Counted from the stretch's first letter, positions 1 through 10,668 are shown. The stretch: 64,000 bases of DNA from an uncultured Gammaproteobacteria bacterium (GCA_963976285.1 CAXBJY010000012.1:23830-87829), one strand, 5' to 3'. Numbers and translations: made by a program. Notes: generated from the letters alone by a model not told the origin.

Positions 1-55
1 CGGAAAGCGCCGGGCGCCCGATAACGGTCACGCCGGCATCATTACAGGAATCGAT

Positions 56-727
56 ATGGCAAGCTTGTTAGCACTGGAAACAGCAACCGACGCCTGTTCC
101 GTCGCGCTGTTGCACGCCGGTGAAACGCTCGAGCGTTATGAAGTCGCGCCGCGGCGCCATACCGATCTGATCCTGCCGATGGTGGATTCCCTGCTCGCGC
201 AAGCGGGGCTCGACTGCAGCCGCCTCGACGCGATTGCGTTTGGCGCGGGGCCGGGCTCGTTTACCGGGGTGCGCATTGCCACGTCCGTGGCCCAGGGACT
301 CGCACTCGCCCACGATCTTCCGGTCGTGCCCGTTTCATGTCTCGCGCTGCTCGCGATCGGCGGCGCACGTGAGCACGATGCCGAAATCGTCGTGCCGGTC
401 ATGGATGCGCGCAAGCAGGAAGTCTACGGTGCCGCCTACCGCGTCGATCGGGAGCGTTCCCTCGTTAGCGTGCTGATCGACGACTGGCTCGGCGCGGCGG
501 CCGCTTTACCGCTGCCGCCGCAGCCCGAACTGATCGTCGTCGGGCGCGGCGCGGACGTATACCGCGACGCAATTCAGGCGCGGGTACCGGCCGGCACCCG
601 CGTGTACGGCGAGCCCGCGTTTCCGCACGCGCGCGACGCACTGGCGAGCGCCGCGGCTGCACTCGCCGCGGACACGGCGATCGCGCCGGAATTTGCCCGG
701 CCGCTGTATCTGCGTCACGCCGTCTGA
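56..727 (+). CDS. tsaB: tRNA threonylcarbamoyladenosine biosynthesis protein TsaB (YeaZ)
   Basis: LLALETATDACSVAL N-terminus, GAGPGSFTGVRIA motif, MDARKQEVY, C-terminal PLYLR. Confidence 0.93.
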   Translation: MASLLALETATDACSVALLHAGETLERYEVAPRRHTDLILPMVDSLLAQAGLDCSRLDAIAFGAGPGSFTGVRIATSVAQGLALAHDLPVVPVSCLALLAIGGAREHDAEIVVPVMDARKQEVYGAAYRVDRERSLVSVLIDDWLGAAAALPLPPQPELIVVGRGADVYRDAIQARVPAGTRVYGEPAFPHARDALASAAAALAADTAIAPEFARPLYLRHAV

Positions 728-770
728 GCGGCGATGCTTCCGGCAGCGCTCGACGCTCCCGGCAGACACT

Positions 771-1526
771 TTAAACCCGCTCGACTTGCGTCGTGATCGT
801 GCCGTCACGGTGGAGTTGCAGGCGACGAAACCCCGCGCCGAGGCAATCGCGCGCGAACTCGCGCGACCGCGGCGCGAATTGCACGCACGTCGACGGCGTC
901 GCGAGCAGGCGCACGGCACCGCGAAACCGATCGTAGTTCTGGTGGACGTGGCCCCACAGCACGCCGCGCACCTGGGTATGACGCTCGACGAGCGTCCAGA
1001 ACGCCGGCGCATCACGCAGCACCATCGTATCCATCCAGCGGCTGTCGAGTCGCACGGGATGATGATGCAGCACGATCAGGGTCGGCGTTTCCGGGTATTG
1101 CGCGAGCCGGTGTGCCAGGTTCGCGAGTGCTGCGTCGCCGAGCGCGCCGTATTCCTCGCCCGGCACAGCGGAATTCAGCAACACGAAATGCCAGTCCCCG
1201 AGCCGGTATGAACCGCAGCCCCGCCAACCGGCCGCGGCGACGATGGCGGCCAGCGTATCGGGGTTGTCGTGATTGCCCGGCACATACCAGATTGGCGTGT
1301 CCCAGGTGCTGAAGGCGTCGACGAGCCAGCGATAGGCATCACCCTCCTCCGCGGCCGCGAGATCACCGGTGAGCAGCACGAGGTCGACGGGCGCGGCATC
1401 CGTCTGCGCCCGGTCGATGACCGCGCGCAGACTCGCGCGTGTGTCCATCCCGCCGAGCGTCGTCGTCGGGTCCGCGAAAATATGCGTATCGGTGAACTGC
1501 AGTACCCGCAGCGGCGCGTGAATCAT
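771..1526 (-). CDS. cpdA: 3',5'-cyclic-AMP phosphodiesterase (Icc/CpdA metallophosphoesterase)
   Basis: Metallophosphoesterase motifs DTH, LTGDL, VPGNHD, LHHHP, LWGHVHQ, and TPSTCVQFAP typical of CpdA. Confidence 0.88.
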   Translation of the reverse strand: MIHAPLRVLQFTDTHIFADPTTTLGGMDTRASLRAVIDRAQTDAAPVDLVLLTGDLAAAEEGDAYRWLVDAFSTWDTPIWYVPGNHDNPDTLAAIVAAAGWRGCGSYRLGDWHFVLLNSAVPGEEYGALGDAALANLAHRLAQYPETPTLIVLHHHPVRLDSRWMDTMVLRDAPAFWTLVERHTQVRGVLWGHVHQNYDRFRGAVRLLATPSTCVQFAPRSREFARDCLGAGFRRLQLHRDGTITTQVERV

Positions 1527-1706
1527 ACGGCGAGTGTACCAGCGCGGCGGTGGCGGGAAAGCTCACCGGTGGCGGCGCGCCGGCGGTTTTCCGCCACAGG
1601 CAATCACGGTTTCCCTAAGACGCTGATTCGTTCAGAAAAACTCGATTTATCCCCAATTTTTACCCAGTTTGCGCGCACCTTGTGGTATCACTCCCACACA
1701 GGGAGT

Positions 1707-1754
1707 GCACACTATCTTGTGGTATAAATACGCCTTGACCACATTTTATTGTGG
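1707..1754 (+). promoter_or_regulatory. Tandem NrdR boxes upstream of nrdA
   Basis: GCACACTATCTTGTGG (1707-1722) and CCACATTTTATTGTGG (1739-1754), 32 bp apart; this matches the known 16-bp NrdR palindrome and its tandem spacing. Confidence 0.75.
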
Positions 1755-1848
1755 TGCTATACAACCGCTTACGACGCAAACATAAATAATTTCGCTAGCG
1801 CCTGTCACAGGTCTGTCACGAAATAAAACAACAAAACCAGGAGGGAGT

Positions 1849-4728
1849 ATGGAGTTGGAGAACGCCGCTGTTTCAGCAGGCAATGCGGGGCGTGAAACCC
1901 CGGTTGCACCGACAGAATCGCCCGTCACCGCAGACCTTGCGGCGACGACACCAGGTGAATATCGGGTCATCAGACGCAACGGCAAAGTAACGGCTTTTGA
2001 CGGCAACAAAATCAAGGTTGCGGTGACGAAGGCGTTCCTCGCGGTCGAGGGCGGGAACGCAGCAGCCTCGAAGCGCATTCACGAAACTGTCGATCGGATC
2101 ACAGAATCGGTCGTCTATGCGATCACGCGCCGCATGCCCACGGGCGGCTCCGTGCACATCGAAGATATCCAGGACCAGGTCGAACTCGGACTCATGCGCA
2201 GCGAGGCGCATAAAGTCGCTCGCGCCTATGTGCTGTACCGCGAAGAACGTGCCCGCGAGCGCGAACTCAAGGCGCAGAGCGCCCCCACCGCGCGCCCGCA
2301 CTCCGGCCTCACGGTAACCCGAGGCGACGGAACGAACGTCGCGCTGGACGAGGAACGCATGCAGCGCCTCGTGGCCGAAGCGTGCACCGGCATTACCGAC
2401 ATGGACGCGCAGGCGGTCATCGAGGAAACGAAACGCTCGCTGTTCGATGGCGTCGCCGAAGAAGACGTCTCGAAAGCCCTGATCATGAGCGCGCGCACGT
2501 TCATCGAGCGCGAACCGAATTACACGTTCGTCGCCGCGCGCCTGCTGCTCGACGCCCTGCGTCACGAAGCACTCACGTTCGTCACGAAAATCGAACAGAC
2601 GGCGACGCAGGAGGAAATGACCGAGCGTTATCCCGCGTACTTCGAAGCCTACGTCAAGCAGGCGATAGAACTCGAACTGATGGATCCGCGTCTCGGCAAT
2701 TTCGATCTCGCACGCCTCGGCGCCGCGATCAAGCCCGAGCGCGACTTCCAGTTCACCTACCTCGGTCTGCAGACGCTGTACGACCGCTACTTCCTGCAGT
2801 CACATGGCACCCGCTTCGAACTCCCGCAGGTGTTTTTCATGCGCGTCGCGATGGGTCTTGCGATCAACGAAATCGAACCCGAGAGCTGGGCGATACAATT
2901 CTACGACCTGCTGTCCTCGTTCGACTTCATGAGCAGCACCCCGACGCTGTTCAATTCCGGCACGTTACGACCGCAGTTGTCGTCGTGCTATCTCACGTCC
3001 GTGCCTGATGATCTCGACGGCATCTTCAGCGCCATGAAAGACAACGCGCTGTTGTCGAAATTCGCCGGCGGTCTCGGCAACGACTGGACCCCGGTGCGCG
3101 GCATGGGCGCGCACATCAAGGGCACGAACGGCAAGTCGCAGGGCGTGGTGCCGTTCCTCAAGGTTGCGAACGACACCGCGGTCGCGGTCAACCAGGGCGG
3201 AAAGCGCAAGGGCGCGATGTGCGCTTATCTCGAATCCTGGCATATGGATTCCGAAGAGTTTTTCGAATTGCGCAAGAACACCGGTGACGACCGGCGCCGT
3301 ACGCACGATATGAACACGGCAAACTGGATCCCCGATCTGTTCATGAAGCGCGTGTGCGAAGACCAGCAATGGACCCTGTTCTCACCCGACGAAGTACCGG
3401 AGCTGCACGATGCCGTCGGTCAGGAGTTTGAACGCCTCTACGTCGCCTATGAAGAGAAAGCCGCGCGTGGCGAGATCAAGAACTCGAAGAAGATTCGGGC
3501 GCTCGATCACTGGCGCAAGATGCTTGGCATGCTCTACGAGACCGGGCATCCGTGGATCACGTTCAAGGATCCGTGCAACCTCCGCTCGCCGCAGCAACAT
3601 GCCGGGGTCGTCCACAGTTCGAACCTGTGCACCGAGATCACGCTGAATACGGCGCCGGGTCACGAAATCGCCGTGTGCAACCTCGGTTCGATCAACCTCG
3701 CGCAACACGTCACCTCCGCGGGGGTCGACATGAACAAGCTCGAACACACCGTCAACATCGCGATGCGCATGCTCGACAATGTGATCGACTACAACTACTA
3801 CAGCGTGCCGACCGCGCGCGCGTCGAATCTGCGCCACCGTCCGGTCGGCATGGGCATCATGGGTTTTCAGGACAGCCTGTATAAACTCGAGATCTCCTAT
3901 GCCTCGAACGAGGCGGTCGAATTCGCCGACCGCTCGATGGAAGCCGTCAGCTACTTCGCCATCCAGGCGTCTTCGAACCTCGCCGCCGAACGCGGCACCT
4001 ACCAGAGCTTCGAAGGCTCACTGTGGAGCCAGGGCATTCTGCCGATCGATTCGATCGCGCTGCTCGAGCAGGGTCGTGGCGGATACCTCGATATGGATCG
4101 CTCCTCGACGCTCGACTGGGACAGCCTGCGTGAACGGGTCGTCACTGTCGGCATGCGCAACTCGAACTGCATGGCGATCGCACCGACCGCGACGATTTCA
4201 AATATTTGCGGCGTCAGCCAGTCGATCGAACCGACCTATCAAAACCTGTTCGTGAAAGCGAACCTGTCCGGAGATTTCACCGTCATCAACATGGCGCTCG
4301 TCGAGAAACTGAAATCACTCGGTTTGTGGGACGAAGTCATGGTTAACGACATGAAGTACTACGACGGCAGTATCGCGAACATCGACCGGGTACCGGACGA
4401 CATCAAACAGGTCTTTGCAACCGCGTTCGAAATCGACCCGCGCTGGCTCGTCGAAGCGGGCTCACGTCGGCAGAAATGGCTCGACCAGGCGCAATCGCTG
4501 AACCTGTACCTGTCGGAACCTAACGGTTCGAAGCTGGACAACCTGTACAAACTTGCGTGGGTACGCGGTCTCAAGACGACGTATTACCTGCGCACGCTCG
4601 GCGCAACCCATGTCGAGAAGAGCACGCTCGCCGACGGCAAATTAAACGCGGTCCAGGGGGAAACCACCGCGCCGGAACCGTCGCCGGTCTGCTCGATACT
4701 CGACCCGGATTGCGAGGCTTGCCAATAA
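1849..4728 (+). CDS. nrdA: Class Ia ribonucleoside-diphosphate reductase alpha subunit with two N-terminal ATP cones
   Basis: STPTLFNSG, LSSCYL, SSNLCTEI, VCNLGSINL, TTYYLRT and C-terminal CxxC (CEACQ); ATP cones at VIRRNG and VTRGDG; GGAG RBS before the ATG. Confidence 0.97.
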   Translation: MELENAAVSAGNAGRETPVAPTESPVTADLAATTPGEYRVIRRNGKVTAFDGNKIKVAVTKAFLAVEGGNAAASKRIHETVDRITESVVYAITRRMPTGGSVHIEDIQDQVELGLMRSEAHKVARAYVLYREERARERELKAQSAPTARPHSGLTVTRGDGTNVALDEERMQRLVAEACTGITDMDAQAVIEETKRSLFDGVAEEDVSKALIMSARTFIEREPNYTFVAARLLLDALRHEALTFVTKIEQTATQEEMTERYPAYFEAYVKQAIELELMDPRLGNFDLARLGAAIKPERDFQFTYLGLQTLYDRYFLQSHGTRFELPQVFFMRVAMGLAINEIEPESWAIQFYDLLSSFDFMSSTPTLFNSGTLRPQLSSCYLTSVPDDLDGIFSAMKDNALLSKFAGGLGNDWTPVRGMGAHIKGTNGKSQGVVPFLKVANDTAVAVNQGGKRKGAMCAYLESWHMDSEEFFELRKNTGDDRRRTHDMNTANWIPDLFMKRVCEDQQWTLFSPDEVPELHDAVGQEFERLYVAYEEKAARGEIKNSKKIRALDHWRKMLGMLYETGHPWITFKDPCNLRSPQQHAGVVHSSNLCTEITLNTAPGHEIAVCNLGSINLAQHVTSAGVDMNKLEHTVNIAMRMLDNVIDYNYYSVPTARASNLRHRPVGMGIMGFQDSLYKLEISYASNEAVEFADRSMEAVSYFAIQASSNLAAERGTYQSFEGSLWSQGILPIDSIALLEQGRGGYLDMDRSSTLDWDSLRERVVTVGMRNSNCMAIAPTATISNICGVSQSIEPTYQNLFVKANLSGDFTVINMALVEKLKSLGLWDEVMVNDMKYYDGSIANIDRVPDDIKQVFATAFEIDPRWLVEAGSRRQKWLDQAQSLNLYLSEPNGSKLDNLYKLAWVRGLKTTYYLRTLGATHVEKSTLADGKLNAVQGETTAPEPSPVCSILDPDCEACQ

Positions 4729-4813
4729 ACAGGCACTGGCCGGCCTGCCGCGAGCTGGGAGTCAGTGCGCGGGGTTATTGGGTCGGAAATAGAAAAAAGG
4801 TGAGGGAGAACAC

Positions 4814-6082
4814 ATGTTGAATTGGGAAGACCCGATCGAAAAATTCAAGTCGTCGAATACATCAACGGGTACGACCGCGATGATGGCGACAGAAGCGCTG
4901 GCCGCCGTCGAACGGGTCGAACAGGCCCGCGCGAACGTCGAACCTGTCGCACCCGCCGCCAACGCACCGGCGGCAAAACCGCGGGTAGCACCCGCACCGC
5001 CGCCGGCAGCCGGGATTCCTGAAGAAACCGGCGTTACCGGGCTGGAACAGGTCGAGTTCGGCGCGAAACGTCTCGCGGTAGACGACAAACAGATGATTAA
5101 CTGCCGCGCGGACGTCAACCAGCTCGTACCGTTCAAGTACAAGTGGGCATGGCAAAAATATCTCGACGGCTGCGCGAATCACTGGATGCCGCAGGAAATC
5201 AACATGAATGCGGACATCGCGCTGTGGAAAAGCAAAGATGGCCTGACCGACGATGAACGCACGGTAATCAAGCGCAACCTCGGTTTCTTCTCGACGGCGG
5301 ATTCGCTCGTCGCGAACAACCTCGTACTCGCGGTTTACCGCCACATCACAAACCCCGAATGCCGGCAGTACCTGTTGCGCCAGGCATTCGAAGAGGCACT
5401 GCATACGCATGCCTACCAGTACTGTGTGGAAAGCCTCGGTCTCGATGAAGCCGAGATCTTCAACATGTACCGTGAACTGCCGGTCGTGCACAAGAAAGCA
5501 CAATGGGCGATGCAGTTCACCGACAGCCTCGGCGATCCGAATTTCCACACCGGCACGCTGGAGACGAACCAGCGACTGCTGCGTGATCTGATCGCGTTCT
5601 ATGTCGTGTTCGAAGGCATCTTCTTTTACGTCGGTTTCGTGCAGATCCTGTCGATGGGACGGCGTAACAAAATGACCGGGGTCGCGGAACAATTCCAGTA
5701 CATCCTGCGCGATGAATCGATGCACATGAATTTCGGTATCGACGTCATCAACCAGATCAAACTGGAAAACCCGGAGATCTGGACGGACGCGTTTCAGCGC
5801 GAAATCATCGAACTGCTGAAAGAAGCCGTCGACCTCGAGATCGAATACGCGCACGACACGATGCCGCGCGGTGTGCTCGGTCTCAATGCCGCGATGTTCG
5901 AACAATACCTGCAATTCATCGCGAACCGACGCTGTTCGCAAATCGGCCTGCCGGAGCAGTATCCGGGGGCAACGAATCCGTTTCCGTGGATGAGTGAAGT
6001 GATCGACCTGAAAAAGGAAAAGAACTTCTTCGAAACCCGGGTTACGGAATATCAGACTGGCGGCGCGCTTAGCTGGGACTAA
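4814..6082 (+). CDS. nrdB: Class Ia ribonucleotide reductase beta subunit
   Basis: [18 protein letters not shown] (metal ligands plus radical Tyr), [27 protein letters not shown]. Confidence 0.96.
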   Translation: MLNWEDPIEKFKSSNTSTGTTAMMATEALAAVERVEQARANVEPVAPAANAPAAKPRVAPAPPPAAGIPEETGVTGLEQVEFGAKRLAVDDKQMINCRADVNQLVPFKYKWAWQKYLDGCANHWMPQEINMNADIALWKSKDGLTDDERTVIKRNLGFFSTADSLVANNLVLAVYRHITNPECRQYLLRQAFEEALHTHAYQYCVESLGLDEAEIFNMYRELPVVHKKAQWAMQFTDSLGDPNFHTGTLETNQRLLRDLIAFYVVFEGIFFYVGFVQILSMGRRNKMTGVAEQFQYILRDESMHMNFGIDVINQIKLENPEIWTDAFQREIIELLKEAVDLEIEYAHDTMPRGVLGLNAAMFEQYLQFIANRRCSQIGLPEQYPGATNPFPWMSEVIDLKKEKNFFETRVTEYQTGGALSWD

Positions 6083-6132
6083 TTGGGCATTAGACCAGGC
6101 CTCCTCGCATGGAGCTATGACGCGCTGCATTG

Positions 6133-6168
6133 GCCGGTGCCCGGTTTACCCGGGCACCGGCTTTTTTT
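6133..6168 (+). terminator. Rho-independent terminator of nrdAB
   Basis: 12-bp stem GCCGGTGCCCGG/CCGGGCACCGGC followed by T7. Confidence 0.9.
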
Positions 6169-6219
6169 ATTCTGCCGGCTGAAACTTGCGCGCAAGCGCC
6201 ACCGGGCATGACAGACCGC

Positions 6220-6870
6220 TCACCCCGGCTGTCGCATCGAACCCGTAATCGCACGTTGCGGTAACGCAGCACCCGCCACGAGCTGCACGAACTCCTGTGT
6301 CGCCGATCGCTCGATCCACCACAACGGCTGCTCGCCACCACGCAGCAGCACCGGCAGCCACGTGTCGATGAATGCCTCGGCCGCGAGCGCCGACGCCAGG
6401 CCGCCGGTACTCGCAGCGTGGCGGGATTTCACGAGTACCGTGCCGGTGGCGCCAATGTGCCGGCCCAACCAGGCCGCGATGCTGTCCGACGTTGCCGACC
6501 AGTCCGCGGGGATCGCGCTCGTCGCGAGCACCGGATCGGACGGATCCCACACGATGAGCCCGGTGTCGTCACAACGCTCACCGAGCGCGTCGAGCGTAAG
6601 CAGTCCCGGGACCGTGCCCGGTACGAGCGCGGCGATCGCGAGCGCAAACTGACGCATGCCGAGTATTGCCATCGCGTGCGCGGTGGCATCGTCGATGCCC
6701 AGAGCTGTTTGCGCATCGCGCACCGAATCGGCGAACGGCCCGCCGCCCGCGACGATCACGATCCGGGCACGCCCGGACACTTCACTCAAGGTCGCGAGCC
6801 AGTCCGCCAGCGCGGCACCGCCGACGAGACTGCCGCCGAGCTTAACGACCCAGGTCGGGAACTTCGGCAT
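6220..6870 (-). CDS. Amino-acid-kinase-family protein, Orf21/MfnE-like (methylofuran/H4MPT biosynthesis)
   Basis: VVKLGGSL, VAGGGPFADSVR, AHAMAILGM, DWSATSDSIAAW; position after pabB in the H4MPT cluster. ATG at 6870 preferred over TTG at 6876. Confidence 0.8.
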   Translation of the reverse strand: MPKFPTWVVKLGGSLVGGAALADWLATLSEVSGRARIVIVAGGGPFADSVRDAQTALGIDDATAHAMAILGMRQFALAIAALVPGTVPGLLTLDALGERCDDTGLIVWDPSDPVLATSAIPADWSATSDSIAAWLGRHIGATGTVLVKSRHAASTGGLASALAAEAFIDTWLPVLLRGGEQPLWWIERSATQEFVQLVAGAALPQRAITGSMRQPG

Positions 6871-8236
6871 GGGCAAACACGTTCAGCATCGCGGCGGCCT
6901 TGTCGAGACATTCGCGGTATTCCGCGTCGAGTTCCGAGTCGGCGACGATTCCGCCACCGGCCCAGCAGTACATCCGCCCGTGATGGTGCACGAGCGTGCG
7001 GATGGCGATATTCGTATCCATCGCACCGTCGGCCGACAGGTATCCGATTGCGCCGCAGTACACGGTGCGGCGACAGGGCTCGAGTTCTTCGATGATCTCC
7101 ATTGCGCGCAATTTCGGCGCGCCCGTAATCGATCCGCCGGGAAAACAACCGCGCAGCAATTCACACTCACGAACGCCGGCGGCGAGCGTACCGCGCACCG
7201 TACTGACGAGATGATGGACCGTGGCGTAACTCTCGATCGCGAACAGTTCCGGCACGACGACGCTGCCGACCGCGCACGACTTGCCGAGATCATTCCTCAA
7301 CAGGTCGACGATCATGACGTTCTCCGCGCGGTCTTTCGTACTCACACGCAGTTCCTCGGCGAGTTGCCGGTCGATCGACACGTCGGTGGCGCGCGGCCGT
7401 GTTCCCTTGATCGGTTTTGTCTCGACCTGCCGGTTCCTGACGCTGAGAAACCGCTCCGGTGACGAACTGAGGATGGCGCCGTGTTCGAGCCGCAGGTAGG
7501 CCGAAAACGGCGCGGGGTTCAGATTGCGCAAACGCAGGTACGCATCCCACGATGCGCCGCGAACGTCGGCGGAAAACCGCTGCGCGAGATTCACCTGATA
7601 ACAATCCCCGTCGATGATGTAGCGCTTGATGCGCGCGAATTTTTCCGCGTACTCGGCAAACGTAATTTCCGGCATGACCGACGACGTCACCTCGAACGAA
7701 GTGCCGTACGCCGCCGGCGTGACGGGATCCGGCGCCGCCATAAGGTCGCGCCAGTGATCGAGATCGGCGGCCGCGTCCGCGTGCGCGACGATCCACGCGC
7801 GCCGCGTTTCGTGGTCGACGACGATCGCCCAGTCGTAGATCCCGACGACCATGTCGGGAACATCGATGTCGGCCGCGGCATGCTCGGGCAGGTGTTCGAT
7901 TCGGCGCCCGAGGTCGTAGGCAAAGTAGCCGATCGCACCGCCACAAAATGGCAGTTCCGTCGGCTCGCAGTGCAGCGAGCTCAGGGCCTCACTGACGAGT
8001 TCGAACGGATCGGCCGCACTCGTGACGCAGCGATTGCGCGAGCGTATCTCCGTTGTGTTGCCGCGCGTGGACAGTACCGTGGTCGGTGCGCTGGAGATAA
8101 TGTCGTAACGCCCGCCAGGCGTGCGTCCGGCGCAGCTGTCGAGATAGACAAAACCCGGCGAACTCCCGTGCATGGCCAGCCGTGAGGCCGGATCGCGCTG
8201 ATAGGTGATCGGAATGATGCGCGGCGAACCGCTCAT
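6842..8236 (-). CDS. pabB: Aminodeoxychorismate synthase component I
   Basis: GDCYQVNLAQRF, SSSPERF, KPIKGTRPR, KDRAENVMIVDLLRND, FPGGSITGAPK, GGGIVADS; start at 8236 gives an ATGA overlap with the orf9 stop. Confidence 0.9.
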   Translation of the reverse strand: MSGSPRIIPITYQRDPASRLAMHGSSPGFVYLDSCAGRTPGGRYDIISSAPTTVLSTRGNTTEIRSRNRCVTSAADPFELVSEALSSLHCEPTELPFCGGAIGYFAYDLGRRIEHLPEHAAADIDVPDMVVGIYDWAIVVDHETRRAWIVAHADAAADLDHWRDLMAAPDPVTPAAYGTSFEVTSSVMPEITFAEYAEKFARIKRYIIDGDCYQVNLAQRFSADVRGASWDAYLRLRNLNPAPFSAYLRLEHGAILSSSPERFLSVRNRQVETKPIKGTRPRATDVSIDRQLAEELRVSTKDRAENVMIVDLLRNDLGKSCAVGSVVVPELFAIESYATVHHLVSTVRGTLAAGVRECELLRGCFPGGSITGAPKLRAMEIIEELEPCRRTVYCGAIGYLSADGAMDTNIAIRTLVHHHGRMYCWAGGGIVADSELDAEYRECLDKAAAMLNVFAHAEVPDLGR

Positions 8237-9270
8237 GCCGGGTCGCCCCGTAACGCCGCGACGGCCACGGCGGGCGCACACGTCGCCACGAGGTGCGGAT
8301 CGGCACCCGTGACGTCGAACAGGGACGCGAAATCAATGCACTCGATGGCATTGAACGCGGCGAGCCGTTCGACCAGGAAGTGCCCCGCCCCGGCGGCGAC
8401 GAGCGTTGCGCAATCCCCGCTCATGCCGCTTGTTACACGCAGCAACGCGCGTTGCAGCAAGTCGAACTGACGGTAGGCGAAATAATCGGCGACCCGGCGC
8501 ACGCGGTCGGTATCGCCGGCGTAATCACGTCCGAGCATGCGCATGACCCGACGCCCGCTCGATGCGAGCGAGCGGTCCGCGCCGTCCGCGGTGTCATGCA
8601 GGTCGGCGCCTTCCGGCAATTCTCCACGCAGCCGGTAGACGTCGGCCGTGTTCGCGAAATATTCCGCTGCGAGCCCGTGCATTTCGCCGTCGCAGGGCGC
8701 CGTGTCGGCGAGCGCCATCAACGGCGTGCGTACAACCCCCGTATACACGAGTTCCGCGCAACGCAGGCGACTCGCGTCGTCGAAGCCGCGACAGGCAACC
8801 CGCCCCGCTGTGATCGGAACGAGGTCCGTCGTGGTGCTGCCAATATCGATCAACAGCGCATCCGGGCATCGCCGGGCGACGGCCTCGGCCATCGCATGCC
8901 AGTTGGCGGATGCGCAAGTGAGCGCGTTGTCCTTGTCCAGCATCTCCGGCGCCAGCCAGCCGGCCGGTCCGGCATAAAAGCGGGTCCGGTCGCTGCCGAG
9001 CACGCGCGCGGCGGTTTCGGCGATCGCGACAACCCCGGCTTCGCGCGAACCAAAATTGTCACACAATTCGCCGGTCATCGTAACGGCGTGGACAAGCGCC
9101 CCGGCGGGTTCGTTCGCCGATGCGAGTGCCGCGGCCAAATGCTCCAGCCCGCGCCACAGCGGGCACGCGAGTTGGCGCGCCGCCATCACGCGGCCATGTT
9201 CATCGAGAACCACGCGCTTCACGTGAGCGCCGCCGAGGTCCCAGCCAACTGTTGTCGCCGTTGCCGTCAA
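8233..9270 (-). CDS. H4MPT-linked C1 pathway protein Orf9 (hydantoinase/oxoprolinase-like, MfnF-like)
   Basis: VGWDLGGAHVK, TMTGELCD, ASANWHA, IDIGSTTTD, ELVYTGVVRTP; TTG start. Confidence 0.85.
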   Translation of the reverse strand: MTATATTVGWDLGGAHVKRVVLDEHGRVMAARQLACPLWRGLEHLAAALASANEPAGALVHAVTMTGELCDNFGSREAGVVAIAETAARVLGSDRTRFYAGPAGWLAPEMLDKDNALTCASANWHAMAEAVARRCPDALLIDIGSTTTDLVPITAGRVACRGFDDASRLRCAELVYTGVVRTPLMALADTAPCDGEMHGLAAEYFANTADVYRLRGELPEGADLHDTADGADRSLASSGRRVMRMLGRDYAGDTDRVRRVADYFAYRQFDLLQRALLRVTSGMSGDCATLVAAGAGHFLVERLAAFNAIECIDFASLFDVTGADPHLVATCAPAVAVAALRGDPA

Positions 9271-9388
9271 ATGTCCCTGCCCTCCGGCCCAATGCGCCCG
9301 GTTTCCGGCGCCGCGCCATTATAAAATTGATCGCCGCAGCGGGATCGATTGGGCGAATCGCATCGATGCGCTAGACTGCGGCGCCTCG

Positions 9389-10099
9389 ATGAATGTGATC
9401 CCCGTACTCGATTTAAAACACGGCATGGTCGTGCTCGCAGCCGGTGGCCGGCGCGACGACTACCGGCCTGTCGACACACCGCTATGTCGCGATCCCGCGC
9501 CGACGGCCGTGATCGCGGCATTGAGTACACTGTACCCTTTTACGACGTTCTACATCGCTGATCTGGATCGCATCACGGACCGCGGCACGAACGATGCCGT
9601 CGTTATCGAGCTGGCGCGACGATTACCGGCGGTGGAATTCTGGCTCGACGGCGGTTTTACCGCGGGTTCCGACGTGCTGCCCTTCGCGGACATTCCCAAC
9701 ATCCGCTTCGTCATCGGCTCCGAAACGCTGAACTCGCTCGCGCATTACACACAACTGCGCGCGGCACCGGAGTTCGCGCGTCACGTGCTGTCGCTCGATC
9801 GCAAAAACGGCGAAGAACTCGGTCCGCCTGAGCTGATCACGCGCCCGGAACTGTGGCCGGACACGGTGATTTCGATGGATCTGAACCGGGTGGGCGAGAA
9901 CCGTGGCCCGAACCGCATGCGCCTGAACGCGCTGCGTCGGCGCCGCACGGATATCGAATTCGCCGCGGCGGGCGGTGTGCGCGGGATCGAGGATTTGCGG
10001 CAACTCCGTGATGACGGGGTGGCTCATGCGCTGATTGCAACCGCCCTGCACCACAAGACGCTCGGGTCGACCGAACTCGCCGCGCTCGCGGCCCAATAA
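9389..10099 (+). CDS. HisA/HisF-like TIM-barrel protein Orf17 (H4MPT/methylofuran cluster)
   Basis: VIPVLDLKHGMVV, YIADLDRI, WLDGG, VIGSETL, AAGGVRG, ATALH; cluster context. Confidence 0.85.
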   Translation: MNVIPVLDLKHGMVVLAAGGRRDDYRPVDTPLCRDPAPTAVIAALSTLYPFTTFYIADLDRITDRGTNDAVVIELARRLPAVEFWLDGGFTAGSDVLPFADIPNIRFVIGSETLNSLAHYTQLRAAPEFARHVLSLDRKNGEELGPPELITRPELWPDTVISMDLNRVGENRGPNRMRLNALRRRRTDIEFAAAGGVRGIEDLRQLRDDGVAHALIATALHHKTLGSTELAALAAQ

Positions 10100-10127
10100 A
10101 AAAAAACGCCCCGTAAACGGGGCGTTT
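10098..10127 (-). terminator. Intrinsic terminator between convergent orf17 and fae (probably bidirectional)
   Basis: AAACGCCCCGT/ACGGGGCGTTT stem, flanked by A9 (U-tail on the minus strand) and TTT. Confidence 0.85.
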
Positions 10128-10155
10128 CTCTACAGTACCGCGGATGCGGTTGTGC

Positions 10156-10668
10156 TTAGCTGTGTGCGGCGAACGGATGCGCGGCGCTGCCTTTCTGCGC
10201 AACAACGTCGGACGCTTTCGGTTCACGGGCGACCGCACGCTGGATCGATTCTTTCACCGCCTGGTAGTTGTAGTCCTGGATCTTCGCATCATCCTCGGCC
10301 AACCAGTGGATAAACACACCGACGCAGATAAAAATGTCGTCGGCTTCATCCGCGGGAATCGTGCCGTCTTCAACACAGTCGGCAACCGCCATCGCGACAC
10401 CACGCTGTGCCGGACCGAACATCTGCACGGCCTGCTTCGAGCCCTTGATCGTCACCTTGTTGAACATGACGGTGCTCGGCTTTGCGGCGAGGTTCGGCGC
10501 GACCACCGCGAGCAAGCTGCTGAACCCGTCCTTGTTGTTCGTCAGGCAGTTGCAGAATGCGACTTCGGCGCTGCTTCCGCGCGGCCCCATGATGAGGTCG
10601 ATGTGTGCAACCTCGTTACCGTCACCAACGAGTGACTCACCTACTAATACGCGATCAACAACCGCCAT
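10156..10668 (-). CDS. fae: Formaldehyde-activating enzyme
   Basis: [44 protein letters not shown]; strong AAGGAG RBS before ATG 10668. Confidence 0.97.
   Translation of the reverse strand: MAVVDRVLVGESLVGDGNEVAHIDLIMGPRGSSAEVAFCNCLTNNKDGFSSLLAVVAPNLAAKPSTVMFNKVTIKGSKQAVQMFGPAQRGVAMAVADCVEDGTIPADEADDIFICVGVFIHWLAEDDAKIQDYNYQAVKESIQRAVAREPKASDVVAQKGSAAHPFAAHS

Noticed and set aside
1849-6082. Intein, intron or homing endonuclease in nrdAB
   Set aside because: Both ORFs are continuous and of normal length, with only an 85-bp gap between them.
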